From Candidatus Eiseniibacteriota bacterium (GTDB lineage: Bacteria > Eisenbacteria > RBG-16-71-46), in contig JANMQY010000144.1 of assembly GCA_031370785.1 (NCBI GenBank), positions 50,601 to 114,600 on the forward strand: DNA of 64,000 nt. Direction: 5' to 3'. The notes beneath the pieces are model-generated. The model made no database searches. It was not told the DNA's origin and saw only the letters and a program-made list of their open reading frames with translations. Of the stretch, positions 18,886-28,934 are shown piece after piece (position 1 is the stretch's first letter; each line of letters opens with the position of its first letter). The position numbers were made by a program, and so were the translations under genes.

Positions 18886-20202
18886 TCAGCGCGGCCGGGC
18901 TTTCGGTCCTCGCGGCCGGTGATCGTACTTCTCGAACAGCCGGCTCTGGCGATTCTCCATCGGCATCAGCTTGCCGGCGATCCAGACCTGCTCGACCCGG
19001 GTCGTGATCTCGAGCGGATCGCCATCGGTCACCATCAGGTCTGCGTTCTTGCCCGGCTCGATCGAGCCGAGCCGGTCCGAGACGCCGAGGATCTGCGCGG
19101 GAGAGAGCGTGATGCTCCTCAGAGCTTCGTCCCTCGGCAGGCCGAACGCCGCGGCCATCCCCGCGTTGTAGGCGAGATTGCGCGCGTTCATCGCGCCGAA
19201 GGTGCTGCCGCCGTCCGAGATGCAGAACGGAATCCCGGCGGCGAGGAGCTTTGCCGGCACCGAGAAGTTCTCGTCGTAGGCATCGAAACGATGGCGCGGC
19301 ACGCCGAGCGTGCCATCGGTGATCACCGCGATGTGCCGGGCATTGATCTCGTCCGGGATGCGCCACGCGTCATCGCCATCCATCAGGATCACCCTCGGCA
19401 GCTTCTCCTCGTCCACGAACCGGAGCGCGGCGCGGATCTGATTGAGCGCCCCGGCGCGGATGATGACCGGGATCTCGCCCTTGAGCGCCCTCGCCATCGC
19501 GTCCCACTTCACGTCCCGATCGTGGCGCGGGATGCCGGCCCGGCCTTCGGCATCGTGCGCCTGCCAGTACGCACGCGCATCGCCGAACGCCTTCTTCAGG
19601 TTCTCGATCGCCAGGTCTCGCGCCTTCTTCTGATCCTCATCGCTCACCGGGTTGAAGCGCGATCGGACCGGCGTCATGTTCGGCCAGTTGATGTGAAGCG
19701 CGATCGGGGCGCGAACGGTCATGTCCTCGGCCGTCCAGCCGTCCAGATGGATGAGCGCCGAGGTTCCCGAGAGCGCTCCGCCCTGAGGCACGATCAGCGC
19801 GCTGGTGACACCGTTGACACGCGCCACCGGCAGGAGGTCGCTGTCGGGATTGATCTGGACCTCGCTGCGGATGTTGGGATTGATGTCGCCGGTCTCCTGG
19901 TAGTCGTTGGTGCCGCGCACGCTTTCGATCTCGGTCAGGCCGAGCACGCTGTTGGAGGCGATCAGGCCGGGGTAGACGTGCTTGCCCGAAACCTGGATCA
20001 CCCTCGCCCCGGCCGGCGGGGCGAGCCCCGCGCCGACCGCGGTGATGCGGCCGTTCTCGATCACCACCGTGCCGTTCTTCAGGGTCGGCCCGCTCACCGT
20101 GTGCACCGTGCCGCCGACCAGCGCCAGCGTCTCGGCGGAGGCCGTGCCGCAAAGAACCAGGGCCGCGATCGCGGCGGCTAGTTCCGTCAGGCGCCGGATC
20201 AT
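18886..20202 (-). CDS. Secreted amidohydrolase-family protein, metal-binding HxH degenerate
   Basis: Signal peptide, GKHVYPGLI(ASNS) and ITLSPAQILGVSDRLGSIEPGKNADL. Confidence 0.88.
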   Translation of the reverse strand: MIRRLTELAAAIAALVLCGTASAETLALVGGTVHTVSGPTLKNGTVVIENGRITAVGAGLAPPAGARVIQVSGKHVYPGLIASNSVLGLTEIESVRGTNDYQETGDINPNIRSEVQINPDSDLLPVARVNGVTSALIVPQGGALSGTSALIHLDGWTAEDMTVRAPIALHINWPNMTPVRSRFNPVSDEDQKKARDLAIENLKKAFGDARAYWQAHDAEGRAGIPRHDRDVKWDAMARALKGEIPVIIRAGALNQIRAALRFVDEEKLPRVILMDGDDAWRIPDEINARHIAVITDGTLGVPRHRFDAYDENFSVPAKLLAAGIPFCISDGGSTFGAMNARNLAYNAGMAAAFGLPRDEALRSITLSPAQILGVSDRLGSIEPGKNADLMVTDGDPLEITTRVEQVWIAGKLMPMENRQSRLFEKYDHRPRGPKARPR

Positions 20203-23200
20203 CGCTGCACCTCCCCGCCCGCAGCGCGTTCTCGAACGCGGTGTTCGGACATCGGCAGCGCCGCGCGCCCATCTTCATCGCCGCACGCGCTGCCACTCAT
20301 GTCGGTCTCCTCGAGGTAGCGCGGCGGCCAGTTGCCCTTCGCTCCGGCCCCGCTCTCCTTCTTCGCGTTCCGGGCGCGGGTGATCAGCGCATCGCGCTCC
20401 CGGGCGAGCGCCTCGCGGCCGGCCAGATCGGCGTCGCGATCGAAATACTTGCGCCCTTCGATCCAGGTCTGCTCGCAGCGCGCATAGGGCGAGAGCGGGC
20501 TCGCGTTCCAGATCGAGAAGTCCGCGTCCTTGCCGACCTCGAGCGAACCCACCCGGTCGTCGATGCGCAGCTGCTTCGCGGGATTGAGCGTGACGAACTT
20601 GATCGCTTCCTCGGGCGGCACGCCGCCGTATTTCACGGCCTTCGCCGCCTCGGTGTTGAGCCGGCGCGCGGTGTCGTCGCTGTCCGAGTTGTACGAGACC
20701 ACCACGCCGCGGTCCCACATCAGGTAGCCGTTGTGCGGGATGGCGTCGATCACCTCGTACTTGTACGCCCACCAGTCGCTGAACGTGCTGCCGCCCGCGC
20801 CATGGGAGGCCATCTCGTCGGCCACCTTGTAACCCTCGAGCACGTGCTGGAACGTCTGCACCCGGATGCCCAGCGCTTCGGCGAGGCGAATCAGCATGAG
20901 GATCTCGTCCTGCCGGTAGGAATGGCAGTGGATGTAGCGCTTGCCGTCCATGATCTCGACCAGCGCATCGAGCTGCAGGTCGGGCTTGGGCGCGAACGGG
21001 CGCTTGCCCTGCTTGAACTCGGTCTGCGCATCGCGATAGTCGCGAGCGCGCAGGAACGCCTCGCGGATGACCTGCTCCACTCCGGCGCGGCTCTGCGGAT
21101 AGCGCCCGGTCGCATCGGCGCCCCAGTTGCTCTGCTTGACGTTCTCGCCGAGCGCGAACTTGATCGTGGGCGGCGCGGCCGCGAACAGCAGCTGATCCGG
21201 CGGCTCGCCCCACTTGTTGCGGATCACCGCGCACTGCCCGCCGATCGAGTTACACGATCCGTGAAGCAGGTGCATGATCGTGGTCCCGCCGGCGAGCTGG
21301 CGGTAGATGTTGACGCTCTCGGAGTTGATCACGTCCTTGATGCGCACCTCGGCGGTCACGCTGTTGGTGCACTCGTTCACGTTGCCGACGATCGCCGAGT
21401 GGCTGTGGCAATCGATGATCCCGGGGGCGACATGCTTGCCCGCGGCCTCGATCACGACCGCGCCCCTGGGCGCGGAGAGGCCGGTTCCGATCGCCGCGAT
21501 CTTGCCATTGCGGATCAGCAGATCGGCGCGCTCGAGCGTGCCACTCGCGCCCGCGGTCCACAGCGTGGCGTTGCGCACCAGCACCGCCGCCGGCTGCGCG
21601 GGAACGCTTGCGCGCCACGCCTCGGTGTTGCCCATGACCAGAGGGCTCACCACCGGCTCATCCTTCTTCTCCTCCTTCTTGTCCTCGGGCACACGCAGCG
21701 CGCTCACCGAATGCGTGTGATCGCCGGCATGCAGCGTCCCGGTCGCGGCCTCGTTCGCGGCAAGCAGGTCGAAGCGTTCCTCGGGATCGTTGCGCCGCTG
21801 CATGGTGAAACGCAGGCGCTTGCCGTCGAGACGCACCTGACGGGCGCTCAGCGTATCCGGGCCGACCACGAGCCTGACCGAGGTGTCGGGATCGATCGCC
21901 ACCATGAGCGAGTGAGGTCCCTGGCTCCAGTCGATGGACCACTTGCCCTTCCAGTCGGTGTCATCCTTCGCGACCTCGTAGCGATCGCCGTCCACCCACA
22001 CCTCGCGCACCTTCGCCTTCTCCGAGAACAGCGCGCCGCGGGTGACCGTGAGGTTCGCGAGCTTGCCCGGCGCGATCGTGCCCAGCCGGTCGCTGAGGCC
22101 GAGCAACCGAGCCGGCACCACCGTAACCGCGGCGAGCGCCTGATCCGGGGTGAGCCCGCGCCCGATCGCCTTTGCGATGTTGGCGCGGAAGGTGGCCACG
22201 TCCTTGAGCCCGTTCGCGGTGAGCGCGAAGGACACACCGCCCTTGATCAGCGCCGCGGCGTTGCCCGGCGCGTCATTCCACTGCCGCAGCTCCTCGGTCG
22301 CGACCTCGAGCGCGTTGTCCGGATCGCTCACGTCCGGCGCCTCGGGGAAATTGACCGGCTCGATCAGCGGGAGGCCATTGGCCGCGATCTCCTTCACGCG
22401 CTTGTATTCGTCTCCCGCGCCCGCGACCACCGCGCTCACCCGCGCCTCGCGCGCGATGGTGGCCGAGCGCAGCGTCTCGAGCATCTCATCGGTTAAGAAC
22501 AGCGCGCCCTGGCGTCCTTCGACGAGCGGTGCCAGCGCCTCCCACGACACGTTGACCGGCGGCGGCTCCTTCGCCGAGGGGGACCTCGCGTACGCCGCCT
22601 GCGAGGCGCGGTACCACTTCGCGTCGAGCAGCGCCTGGCGGATCACCGCGATGCCGCCCATCAGCGAGCCGGGATAGCCGATCGGATCCGACTCGAGCGA
22701 GAACACCTGTGCGGCGTCGGCCTTGAGCGGAGCGCGCGTCACCGCGCCATCGCGCAGCGCGATCACCGCGCTCGAGCCGCGCACGATGCCGCGCCGCGGC
22801 ACCACCTGCGCGACCGCAAAACCGGCGCCGCGCAACGACTCGAGTTGATCCTTGGGGAGAGGAAGTAGCGCGATCGCGCGCGTCTCGGGATGCACCGAAG
22901 GCAGCTCGTGCGCCGCGCCGCGCGCGGGCCCCGGCGCCGGCCCGGGGATCGGCCTTCGTCCCGGAGGTCCAGCCGCTCCTGCGGGAGCCGGCGGCTCCGC
23001 AGGCATCACCAGCGCGTCGATCAGTCCCGGATAAACGGTCAGGCTGTCGCCCTTCCACACTCGCGCATCCGCCGGGACCGTAACGCTCGCGCCGACCGCA
23101 ACGATCACGCCATCGCGCATCAGGACGGTGCCGCGCTCGATCACCTGGCCCGGCGCGGTCACGATGCGGGCGCCGACGATCGCGTGGACGCGGGGAGTCT

Positions 23201-23318
23201 CGGCAAGCGCGGGCGCGCCAGGGGCGACCAGCAGGGCCAGCGCCATAAGGGTCGGCGTCACAGACAGAAGGGGCGGCGCGCCGGAACGCATGGCGCGTGG
23301 GGGAGCGGGCAGGCGCAT
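20199..23318 (-). CDS. Large secreted two-domain amidohydrolase-family protein
   Basis: SD AGGAG before the ATG at 23318 and two amidohydrolase barrels. The second has GIIDCHSH, HCHSY, FQH and NSD. Confidence 0.88.
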   Translation of the reverse strand: MRLPAPPRAMRSGAPPLLSVTPTLMALALLVAPGAPALAETPRVHAIVGARIVTAPGQVIERGTVLMRDGVIVAVGASVTVPADARVWKGDSLTVYPGLIDALVMPAEPPAPAGAAGPPGRRPIPGPAPGPARGAAHELPSVHPETRAIALLPLPKDQLESLRGAGFAVAQVVPRRGIVRGSSAVIALRDGAVTRAPLKADAAQVFSLESDPIGYPGSLMGGIAVIRQALLDAKWYRASQAAYARSPSAKEPPPVNVSWEALAPLVEGRQGALFLTDEMLETLRSATIAREARVSAVVAGAGDEYKRVKEIAANGLPLIEPVNFPEAPDVSDPDNALEVATEELRQWNDAPGNAAALIKGGVSFALTANGLKDVATFRANIAKAIGRGLTPDQALAAVTVVPARLLGLSDRLGTIAPGKLANLTVTRGALFSEKAKVREVWVDGDRYEVAKDDTDWKGKWSIDWSQGPHSLMVAIDPDTSVRLVVGPDTLSARQVRLDGKRLRFTMQRRNDPEERFDLLAANEAATGTLHAGDHTHSVSALRVPEDKKEEKKDEPVVSPLVMGNTEAWRASVPAQPAAVLVRNATLWTAGASGTLERADLLIRNGKIAAIGTGLSAPRGAVVIEAAGKHVAPGIIDCHSHSAIVGNVNECTNSVTAEVRIKDVINSESVNIYRQLAGGTTIMHLLHGSCNSIGGQCAVIRNKWGEPPDQLLFAAAPPTIKFALGENVKQSNWGADATGRYPQSRAGVEQVIREAFLRARDYRDAQTEFKQGKRPFAPKPDLQLDALVEIMDGKRYIHCHSYRQDEILMLIRLAEALGIRVQTFQHVLEGYKVADEMASHGAGGSTFSDWWAYKYEVIDAIPHNGYLMWDRGVVVSYNSDSDDTARRLNTEAAKAVKYGGVPPEEAIKFVTLNPAKQLRIDDRVGSLEVGKDADFSIWNASPLSPYARCEQTWIEGRKYFDRDADLAGREALARERDALITRARNAKKESGAGAKGNWPPRYLEETDMSGSACGDEDGRAALPMSEHRVRERAAGGEVQR

Positions 23319-23553
23319 GGATCGACTCCTCAAAGGAAAGGCGGGCCGCTCGAGCGCGGCGTCGGACGCGAGGGACAGGAAGGTAGAAAACGCACGATGG
23401 GCGTGGCAAGACCGCAACGAAGCCGGCCAGGGACATGCGACCAGTGGGCGTTTTTTGGGGTACCACCGCGGGTCTCGTTCTTGCATGATGCACCGCGTCA
23501 CCCGTGCCGCCTCAAGTCCACCCTCGCGGCCGGGGCAGCGAAAGGAGTGCCTC

Positions 23554-23994
23554 ATGAAGTTTCGAGTCATGGAAGGGCTCGGCCTGGTCCTCGCGCTCGG
23601 GCTGATGGGCATCACGCCCGCGCATGCCGAGGTCAGTCTGAACATCAATCTGAGCAACGCGCCGCCACCGCCGGTGGTGGTGTACCGCAGCGAGCCGCGC
23701 ATGGTGCTGGTGCCCGAGAGCCGGGTGTACGTGATCGACGATGACCAGAGCGATTACGACTACTTCCGCTACGGATCGCGCTATTACATTTACAAGTCCG
23801 GCTACTGGTACCGCGCTCGCAACTACCGCGGGCCGTTCATGGTGATCGAGGAGCGCTACGTGCCGGCCTCGATCTGGCGCGTGCCCGAGCGGCGCTGGCG
23901 TCATCTGCCTCCCGGACACCGGAAGCGGAACGTCATCGTGGTGAAGGAGAAGAAGGGTCACTACGATCACGGCAAGGGACACGACAAACACTAG
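23554..23994 (+). CDS. Small secreted hypothetical protein (PPPVVV, Tyr/Trp-rich, basic/His-rich tail)
   Basis: SD AAGGAG, a signal peptide ending AHA, and strongly GC3-biased codons. Confidence 0.75.
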   Translation: MKFRVMEGLGLVLALGLMGITPAHAEVSLNINLSNAPPPPVVVYRSEPRMVLVPESRVYVIDDDQSDYDYFRYGSRYYIYKSGYWYRARNYRGPFMVIEERYVPASIWRVPERRWRHLPPGHRKRNVIVVKEKKGHYDHGKGHDKH

Positions 23995-24021
23995 GGCAGG
24001 CAGGAACTCGAGAAGAGATCA

Positions 24022-24061
24022 CGGGCGTCCGGTGAAGCGCCGGACGCCCGCAGTGTTTTTT
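24022..24061 (+). terminator. Hairpin/terminator between convergent genes
   Basis: CGGGCGTCCGG/CCGGACGCCCG stem followed by CAGTGTTTTTT. Confidence 0.65.
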
Positions 24062-24110
24062 GGCATCGAGGCGGGCCGCCGCCACGAGTGAGAGTCGGCC
24101 GTCGGGCGGC

Positions 24111-25340
24111 CTACGCTCTCGGCTTGCCCCGCATCCGCCACGCCAGCAGCGGCGGGGTGACCAGCGTGGTTGCCGCCACCATCACCACCACCGCCGAGTA
24201 CAGGGTCGGGTCCACCACGCGCTTGCCGTGAAGCACGAGCGAAGCGCCGATGCTGGCGAAGATCAGCCCGACCTCGCCGCGCGGGATCATGCCGAGCCCG
24301 ACCGCGAGGCGGTCCGCGCCCTTTTCGAGCACGCCGAGCGAGCACGCCTGCTTGCCGACGACCGCAGCGAGGGTCAGCGCGGCGGCAAAGCCGAGGACCC
24401 CTGAGTTCCCGAACGCGGCAAGATCCACCCGCATGCCCATCAGCACGAAGAACACGGGCACGAGAAATCCCGCAAGCGGCTCGAGCAGCTCGCGCACGCC
24501 GCGCGCATGCGTGTCGCGGGCCACGAGGTCCCGGACGTGCACCTCTTCCAGCACCAGCCCGGCCGCGAACGCGCCGACGATGGGTGCGAGCCCGAGGCGC
24601 CCGGCAGCCCACGCCAGGGCGAAGCAGAAGGCGAGCGCCAAGCCGACCAGGAGGTTCTCCCCGGGAAGCCGGGCCGCGAGGCTGAAGGCGACACGCGACA
24701 GCCAGCGCCCCACGATCACGGCGCCCACCAGAAATCCGAGCGATTTGGCGACGATGACGAGCACCAGCCTCGCGTCGAACGCCGCGCCCGACCCGGCGGC
24801 CGCGATCACCCCCGAGATCACCGCCAGCACCATCAGGCCGAGCACGTCGTCGATTACCGCCGCACCGAGGATCACGCGGCCTTCGACGCTGGCGGTGCGT
24901 CCGAGATCGGCCAGCAAGCGCGCCGTAACGCCGACGCTGGTCGCGCACAGGGTCGCGCCCACAAACCAGTGCACCAGAGCATCCTGCGCTGGGAAGAACG
25001 CACGGGAGACTGCGAAGCCGAGCCCGATCGGCACGATCACTCCGAGCACCGCGACCAGCAGTGCCGAGGGCCCGACCGCCAGCATCTGGCGCACGTCGGA
25101 CTCGAGCCCGACCTGAAACAGCAGGAACAGCACGCCGAGTCCGGCCAGCAGCTCGAGGCCGGGCAGGTCGCGCATCCCGTCCAGCCCATACACACCGATC
25201 AGGCCGAGGTTGCCGAGGATCACGCCGACCACCAGCTCGCCGAGCACGGCCGGGAGCCGGAACCTCTCGAACAGCGCGCCGCCCAGGCGCGCTCCCAGAA
25301 GGATCAGCGCCAGCGCCGCGAGAATGGGGAGCAGCGCCAC
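24111..25340 (-). CDS. Cation:proton antiporter (CPA2 family)
   Basis: PAVLGEL, GLESD, ATSVG, AAVIDDV and GMIPRGEVG motifs in a multi-TM protein. Confidence 0.92.
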   Translation of the reverse strand: MALLPILAALALILLGARLGGALFERFRLPAVLGELVVGVILGNLGLIGVYGLDGMRDLPGLELLAGLGVLFLLFQVGLESDVRQMLAVGPSALLVAVLGVIVPIGLGFAVSRAFFPAQDALVHWFVGATLCATSVGVTARLLADLGRTASVEGRVILGAAVIDDVLGLMVLAVISGVIAAAGSGAAFDARLVLVIVAKSLGFLVGAVIVGRWLSRVAFSLAARLPGENLLVGLALAFCFALAWAAGRLGLAPIVGAFAAGLVLEEVHVRDLVARDTHARGVRELLEPLAGFLVPVFFVLMGMRVDLAAFGNSGVLGFAAALTLAAVVGKQACSLGVLEKGADRLAVGLGMIPRGEVGLIFASIGASLVLHGKRVVDPTLYSAVVVMVAATTLVTPPLLAWRMRGKPRA

Positions 25341-25898
25341 TCAGCTGCCCTCGAGAGTGAAGCCGAACGAGCGCGGCACCAGATGGCGGGTGGGGTCATT
25401 GGCGTCGCACACCAGCGCCAGAGGATCCCCTTCGGCGGGCGGCCGCTCCTGCGCATCCAGCCGCAGGACGACCGAGGAGCGCACCTCGTGGCCGTGCAGG
25501 TTCGCGAGGTAGCGCACCCGCACCCGGGTCGAGCGTTGCGCCGAGGGCGCCCGGTTGGGTGCGACCTCTGTGATCCGCGCGCTGCAGGTCACGCCGTGGA
25601 CCAGCAGCCGGTGGGCGCGACGCACGCTGCCAAGGAGGACGCCCCAGCACACCGCAGCCGAAGAGGCGAGGGCGATAGGCACGACGTGCCTCAGGCTGAG
25701 CGCGAGGTGCTCCTCGCGTCCCGCAGCGAACTCGAACATGGCGAGCGCGGCGGTGAGCGCGGTCGCGGCCGCCGAGAGACGGCGCGTCTCGAAGGCGGTC
25801 ATCCACAGGTGACCGAGCGGCACGACACGCGGCGGCTGCGGCCCCAGGGAGAAGAGGCCGGGCGTCGTCGCTGGTTCGCGGTCCGAAACCACGTCCAC
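25341..25898 (-). CDS. Hypothetical membrane protein (DUF3592-like); start uncertain
   Basis: Two hydrophobic segments followed by a small beta-rich domain. Its stop abuts the antiporter start. Confidence 0.5.
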   Translation of the reverse strand: MDVVSDREPATTPGLFSLGPQPPRVVPLGHLWMTAFETRRLSAAATALTAALAMFEFAAGREEHLALSLRHVVPIALASSAAVCWGVLLGSVRRAHRLLVHGVTCSARITEVAPNRAPSAQRSTRVRVRYLANLHGHEVRSSVVLRLDAQERPPAEGDPLALVCDANDPTRHLVPRSFGFTLEGS

Positions 25899-26063
25899 GA
25901 TCGCCTCGTTCCGTGGCCGGGCAAGAAACCAGTCACGAGGGGGAAGACCTCAGGGTATCGAATGGGACAGGAGAATACCCGTTCGCGCGGGCCCTCTGCT
26001 ACATTCGTCGTCCATTTGGCGATGCGATCGACTCTCCAGGCCGCCCAAGGAGACCCTGCAACC

Positions 26064-27068
26064 ATGAAGCATCGAATACGCGTCCGCGGCTTCGTTGCCC
26101 GTCACACGCTGCCGTCCCTTGCGCTCGCCGTGCTTCTCGCCGGCTGCTCGGACGCAACCCGGATCACCAACCCCGGGGGGGATACCGGCGGTAACCATCT
26201 GGTGGTGTTTTCCAGCGATCGGAGCCAGAGCGTCGGTCAGTACGATCTCTACCTCTACGACCTCGATGCGGGCGGCTTCCGTCAGACCTACAACGTCAGC
26301 AGCACCTCATTCGCGGATCGGTGGCCGACGATCCGGAGCGATGGGCGGCTCATCGCATTCGAGAGCAACCGCGGCGGGACCAGCGGCAGCGACATCCTGA
26401 TGCTCGACCGCGCGCAGCGCACCCTCATCGCGCTGAACGGCGTGAACACGAACCAGAACGAGATTGAGCCCGCATTCTCGGGCGATGGGCAGAAGATGGC
26501 GTTCGTCCGGCAGATCGGCCTCTCGCTGCGCGTGCGCCTGGTGAATGGCGTCAACGACCAGCTGATTCCTCTGCCAGGGCTCGACACCACTGCCACCTAC
26601 AACGATTTCTCGCCGTCGCCGGACCAGACCGCGAATCGCATCGCGCTCTGCTCGGATCGGAGCGGAAACTTCGACGTATTCGTCTACGACCGTGGCGGCG
26701 AGTCGCTGATGGTCCTGCCGGATCTGGTCTCGGATTCGAGCGACGTCGACCCAACGCTCTCGGCCGACGGACGCTTCCTCTGCTTCGCCTCGAGCCGGAT
26801 CGGCGGATCGGGCGGATTCGACCTCTACCTCTACGACCTGACGACCCGGAGCTTCATCACGCCGCCGGCCGCGCTCAATACCGCGCAGGATGAGCGACAT
26901 CCATCGATTGGAGCGACCGGCGCCGCGGTCGCGTTCCAGTCCAACCGCTCGACTGGGCTCGGGAAGAACGACATCTTCCTGTGGCTGCGCTCGACCGGCG
27001 CCGTAAGTCAGCCCCCGGGGCTTGCCAACGCCGGCAACGACATCGAGCCTTCGCTGCGCTGGCCGTGA
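26064..27068 (+). CDS. TolB-like PD40-repeat lipoprotein
   Basis: SD AAGGAG, lipobox LAGC, and repeated P.xS.DG...F.S.R.G..D.Y motifs. Confidence 0.85.
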   Translation: MKHRIRVRGFVARHTLPSLALAVLLAGCSDATRITNPGGDTGGNHLVVFSSDRSQSVGQYDLYLYDLDAGGFRQTYNVSSTSFADRWPTIRSDGRLIAFESNRGGTSGSDILMLDRAQRTLIALNGVNTNQNEIEPAFSGDGQKMAFVRQIGLSLRVRLVNGVNDQLIPLPGLDTTATYNDFSPSPDQTANRIALCSDRSGNFDVFVYDRGGESLMVLPDLVSDSSDVDPTLSADGRFLCFASSRIGGSGGFDLYLYDLTTRSFITPPAALNTAQDERHPSIGATGAAVAFQSNRSTGLGKNDIFLWLRSTGAVSQPPGLANAGNDIEPSLRWP

Positions 27069-28558
27069 GGCTCTCGCGCCGCAGATTCCTGGGGCTGGGC
27101 GCCGCGGCCTCGGCCTCGCTCATGGTCTCGAATGCGCTCGAGACCCTGTTCGCGCGCGCCGCATCCGGGGCGGCTTTCCGCGCCGAGGGGTACGGCCCTC
27201 TTCTCAAGGATCCCGACGGACTGCTCGATCTTCCCGCGGGCTTCCAGTATCGCGTGCTCTCGACCGCGCGCCTGAAGGCCGACGCGGACGCGCGGTTCAC
27301 CCAGCGCCTCACCAACGGCGAGCTGGTTCCGCCGCTTCACGATGGTATGGGCGCATTTCGCGGCCCGGCGGGGATCACGGTGCTGGTGCGCAACCACGAG
27401 CTCAACTTCGAGGATTCGCCGAGCGTGGACGCACGGCGGGAGCGGCCCTACGACCCGCTCGCGCGCGGCGGCACCACGACCCTGTGGGTGGATGGCGAGC
27501 GCCGACTGGTGCGCGCGTTCCCGAGCCTCTCGGGGACGACGCGCAATTGCGCGGGCGGCGTCACGCCGTGGGGCTCATGGCTTTCGTGCGAAGAGGCGGT
27601 GAACCTTCCGGGCGAAATCGATTCGATCAATCACGACCGCACTCCCAGGGCCAGCAGGCGCCATGGCTACGTGTTCGAGGTGGACTCGCGCAGCGAGGGG
27701 CTGGTCGATCCCTTGCCGCTGGTCGCGATGGGACGCTTCCGTCACGAGGCGGCGGCGGTGGATCCCGCGACCGGCGTCGTCTACCTGACCGAGGATCGCG
27801 TCGATGGCCTGCTCTATCGCTTTCGGCCCGAAGTCGTGATGAAAGGCTCCAGGCGAGCGCAGGCGCTCACGGTAGGCGATCTCGCGAAGGGCGGAACGCT
27901 GGAAGCGCTGCGCATCATCGAGCGCCGCTCGGCCCGAACGCAGAACCACGACGAGGGCGAGCCCGCGCCCACCTCGCGCGCGACTCCGATCGGAAAACCC
28001 TGGAAGGTCGACTGGGTCCCGATCCCCAACCCGGATCCGGACATGGACATGGAGTGGGATCCGACCGACAGCCAGGCCGCATCTCCGGTCGATCGCCGCG
28101 AGCGCACCGCATCCACATCGACACGCGCGCAGGGGTTTGCGCTCGGCGCCGCGCAGTTCGCGCGCAGCGAAGGAATCGCGATCCGGAATCGCGTGCTGTT
28201 CTTCTGCTGCACCGACGGCGGATCCGCGAAACTCGGACAGGTGTGGCAGTTCGACGTTCCAAAACAGGAGCTGATGCTGCTCGTCGAGCCCAACGATCCG
28301 GGAGCGCTCGACGGACCGGACAACCTGACCCCCGCACCCAACGGCGATCTCATCGTGTGCGAGGACGGAATACGAGACGACTATGTCATCGGCATCACAC
28401 CGCATGGACGTCTCTATCAACTCGCACGCAACGCGTACAACGACATGGAATTCGCGGGCGCGTGCTTCGCGCCCGATGGGCGCACGTTGTTCGTCAACGT
28501 GCAGGAGCCGGGCATGACGTTCGCGATCTGGGGACCATGGCGAAAGCGACGCGGCTGA
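27065..28558 (+). CDS. phoX: PhoX-family alkaline phosphatase (DUF839), Tat-exported
   Basis: SRRRFL Tat motif, HDGM, RNHE, NCAGGVTPWGSWLSCEE, GRFRHEA, TED, PDNL, CED and EFAG. Confidence 0.88.
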   Translation: MRLSRRRFLGLGAAASASLMVSNALETLFARAASGAAFRAEGYGPLLKDPDGLLDLPAGFQYRVLSTARLKADADARFTQRLTNGELVPPLHDGMGAFRGPAGITVLVRNHELNFEDSPSVDARRERPYDPLARGGTTTLWVDGERRLVRAFPSLSGTTRNCAGGVTPWGSWLSCEEAVNLPGEIDSINHDRTPRASRRHGYVFEVDSRSEGLVDPLPLVAMGRFRHEAAAVDPATGVVYLTEDRVDGLLYRFRPEVVMKGSRRAQALTVGDLAKGGTLEALRIIERRSARTQNHDEGEPAPTSRATPIGKPWKVDWVPIPNPDPDMDMEWDPTDSQAASPVDRRERTASTSTRAQGFALGAAQFARSEGIAIRNRVLFFCCTDGGSAKLGQVWQFDVPKQELMLLVEPNDPGALDGPDNLTPAPNGDLIVCEDGIRDDYVIGITPHGRLYQLARNAYNDMEFAGACFAPDGRTLFVNVQEPGMTFAIWGPWRKRRG

Positions 28559-28934
28559 ATGCGTTGCAGACGAATCGCTCGAAACTCCGCGCTTCACTCG
28601 CTTTCGCGTTTTCATTTTTTTCCAGAAGCTGCGCGCTATTGTCGCTATTGATCGAAACTGCTGTCGACAAATACGAGCGACATGTTCATCAACAAAACCG
28701 CGCGCAAAAAATCTTCTTGCCGCGGATGGATTCAAGAGCGATAAACCTCGGCACCGTTCGTGGGGAAACCGACTCCTTCGCGAGCGAACGGAAATCGTCC
28801 TTCCAATCACGCAGACGACTCAGAAGGGTCGAAGCGCACCAGATCCAGACGGCGAGCAGAAACCTTGCAGCGCTACCAGGGTCAGGTGACAGGGGAAGGT
28901 TTCGGCAATCGCGAAGGGACAAGGAGGTCCCCAG

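Noticed and set aside
23470..23485. Possible sigma54 site GGGTCTCGTTCTTGCA upstream of the 23554 gene
   Set aside because: The GG-N10-GC spacing fits, but the -24 half matches poorly and I saw no enhancer.
28559..28934. Cobalamin riboswitch or NrdR box upstream of nrdJ
   Set aside because: I could not find the B12-box/GCCACTG elements or an acaC-A-ATAT-Gtg-like palindrome by eye.
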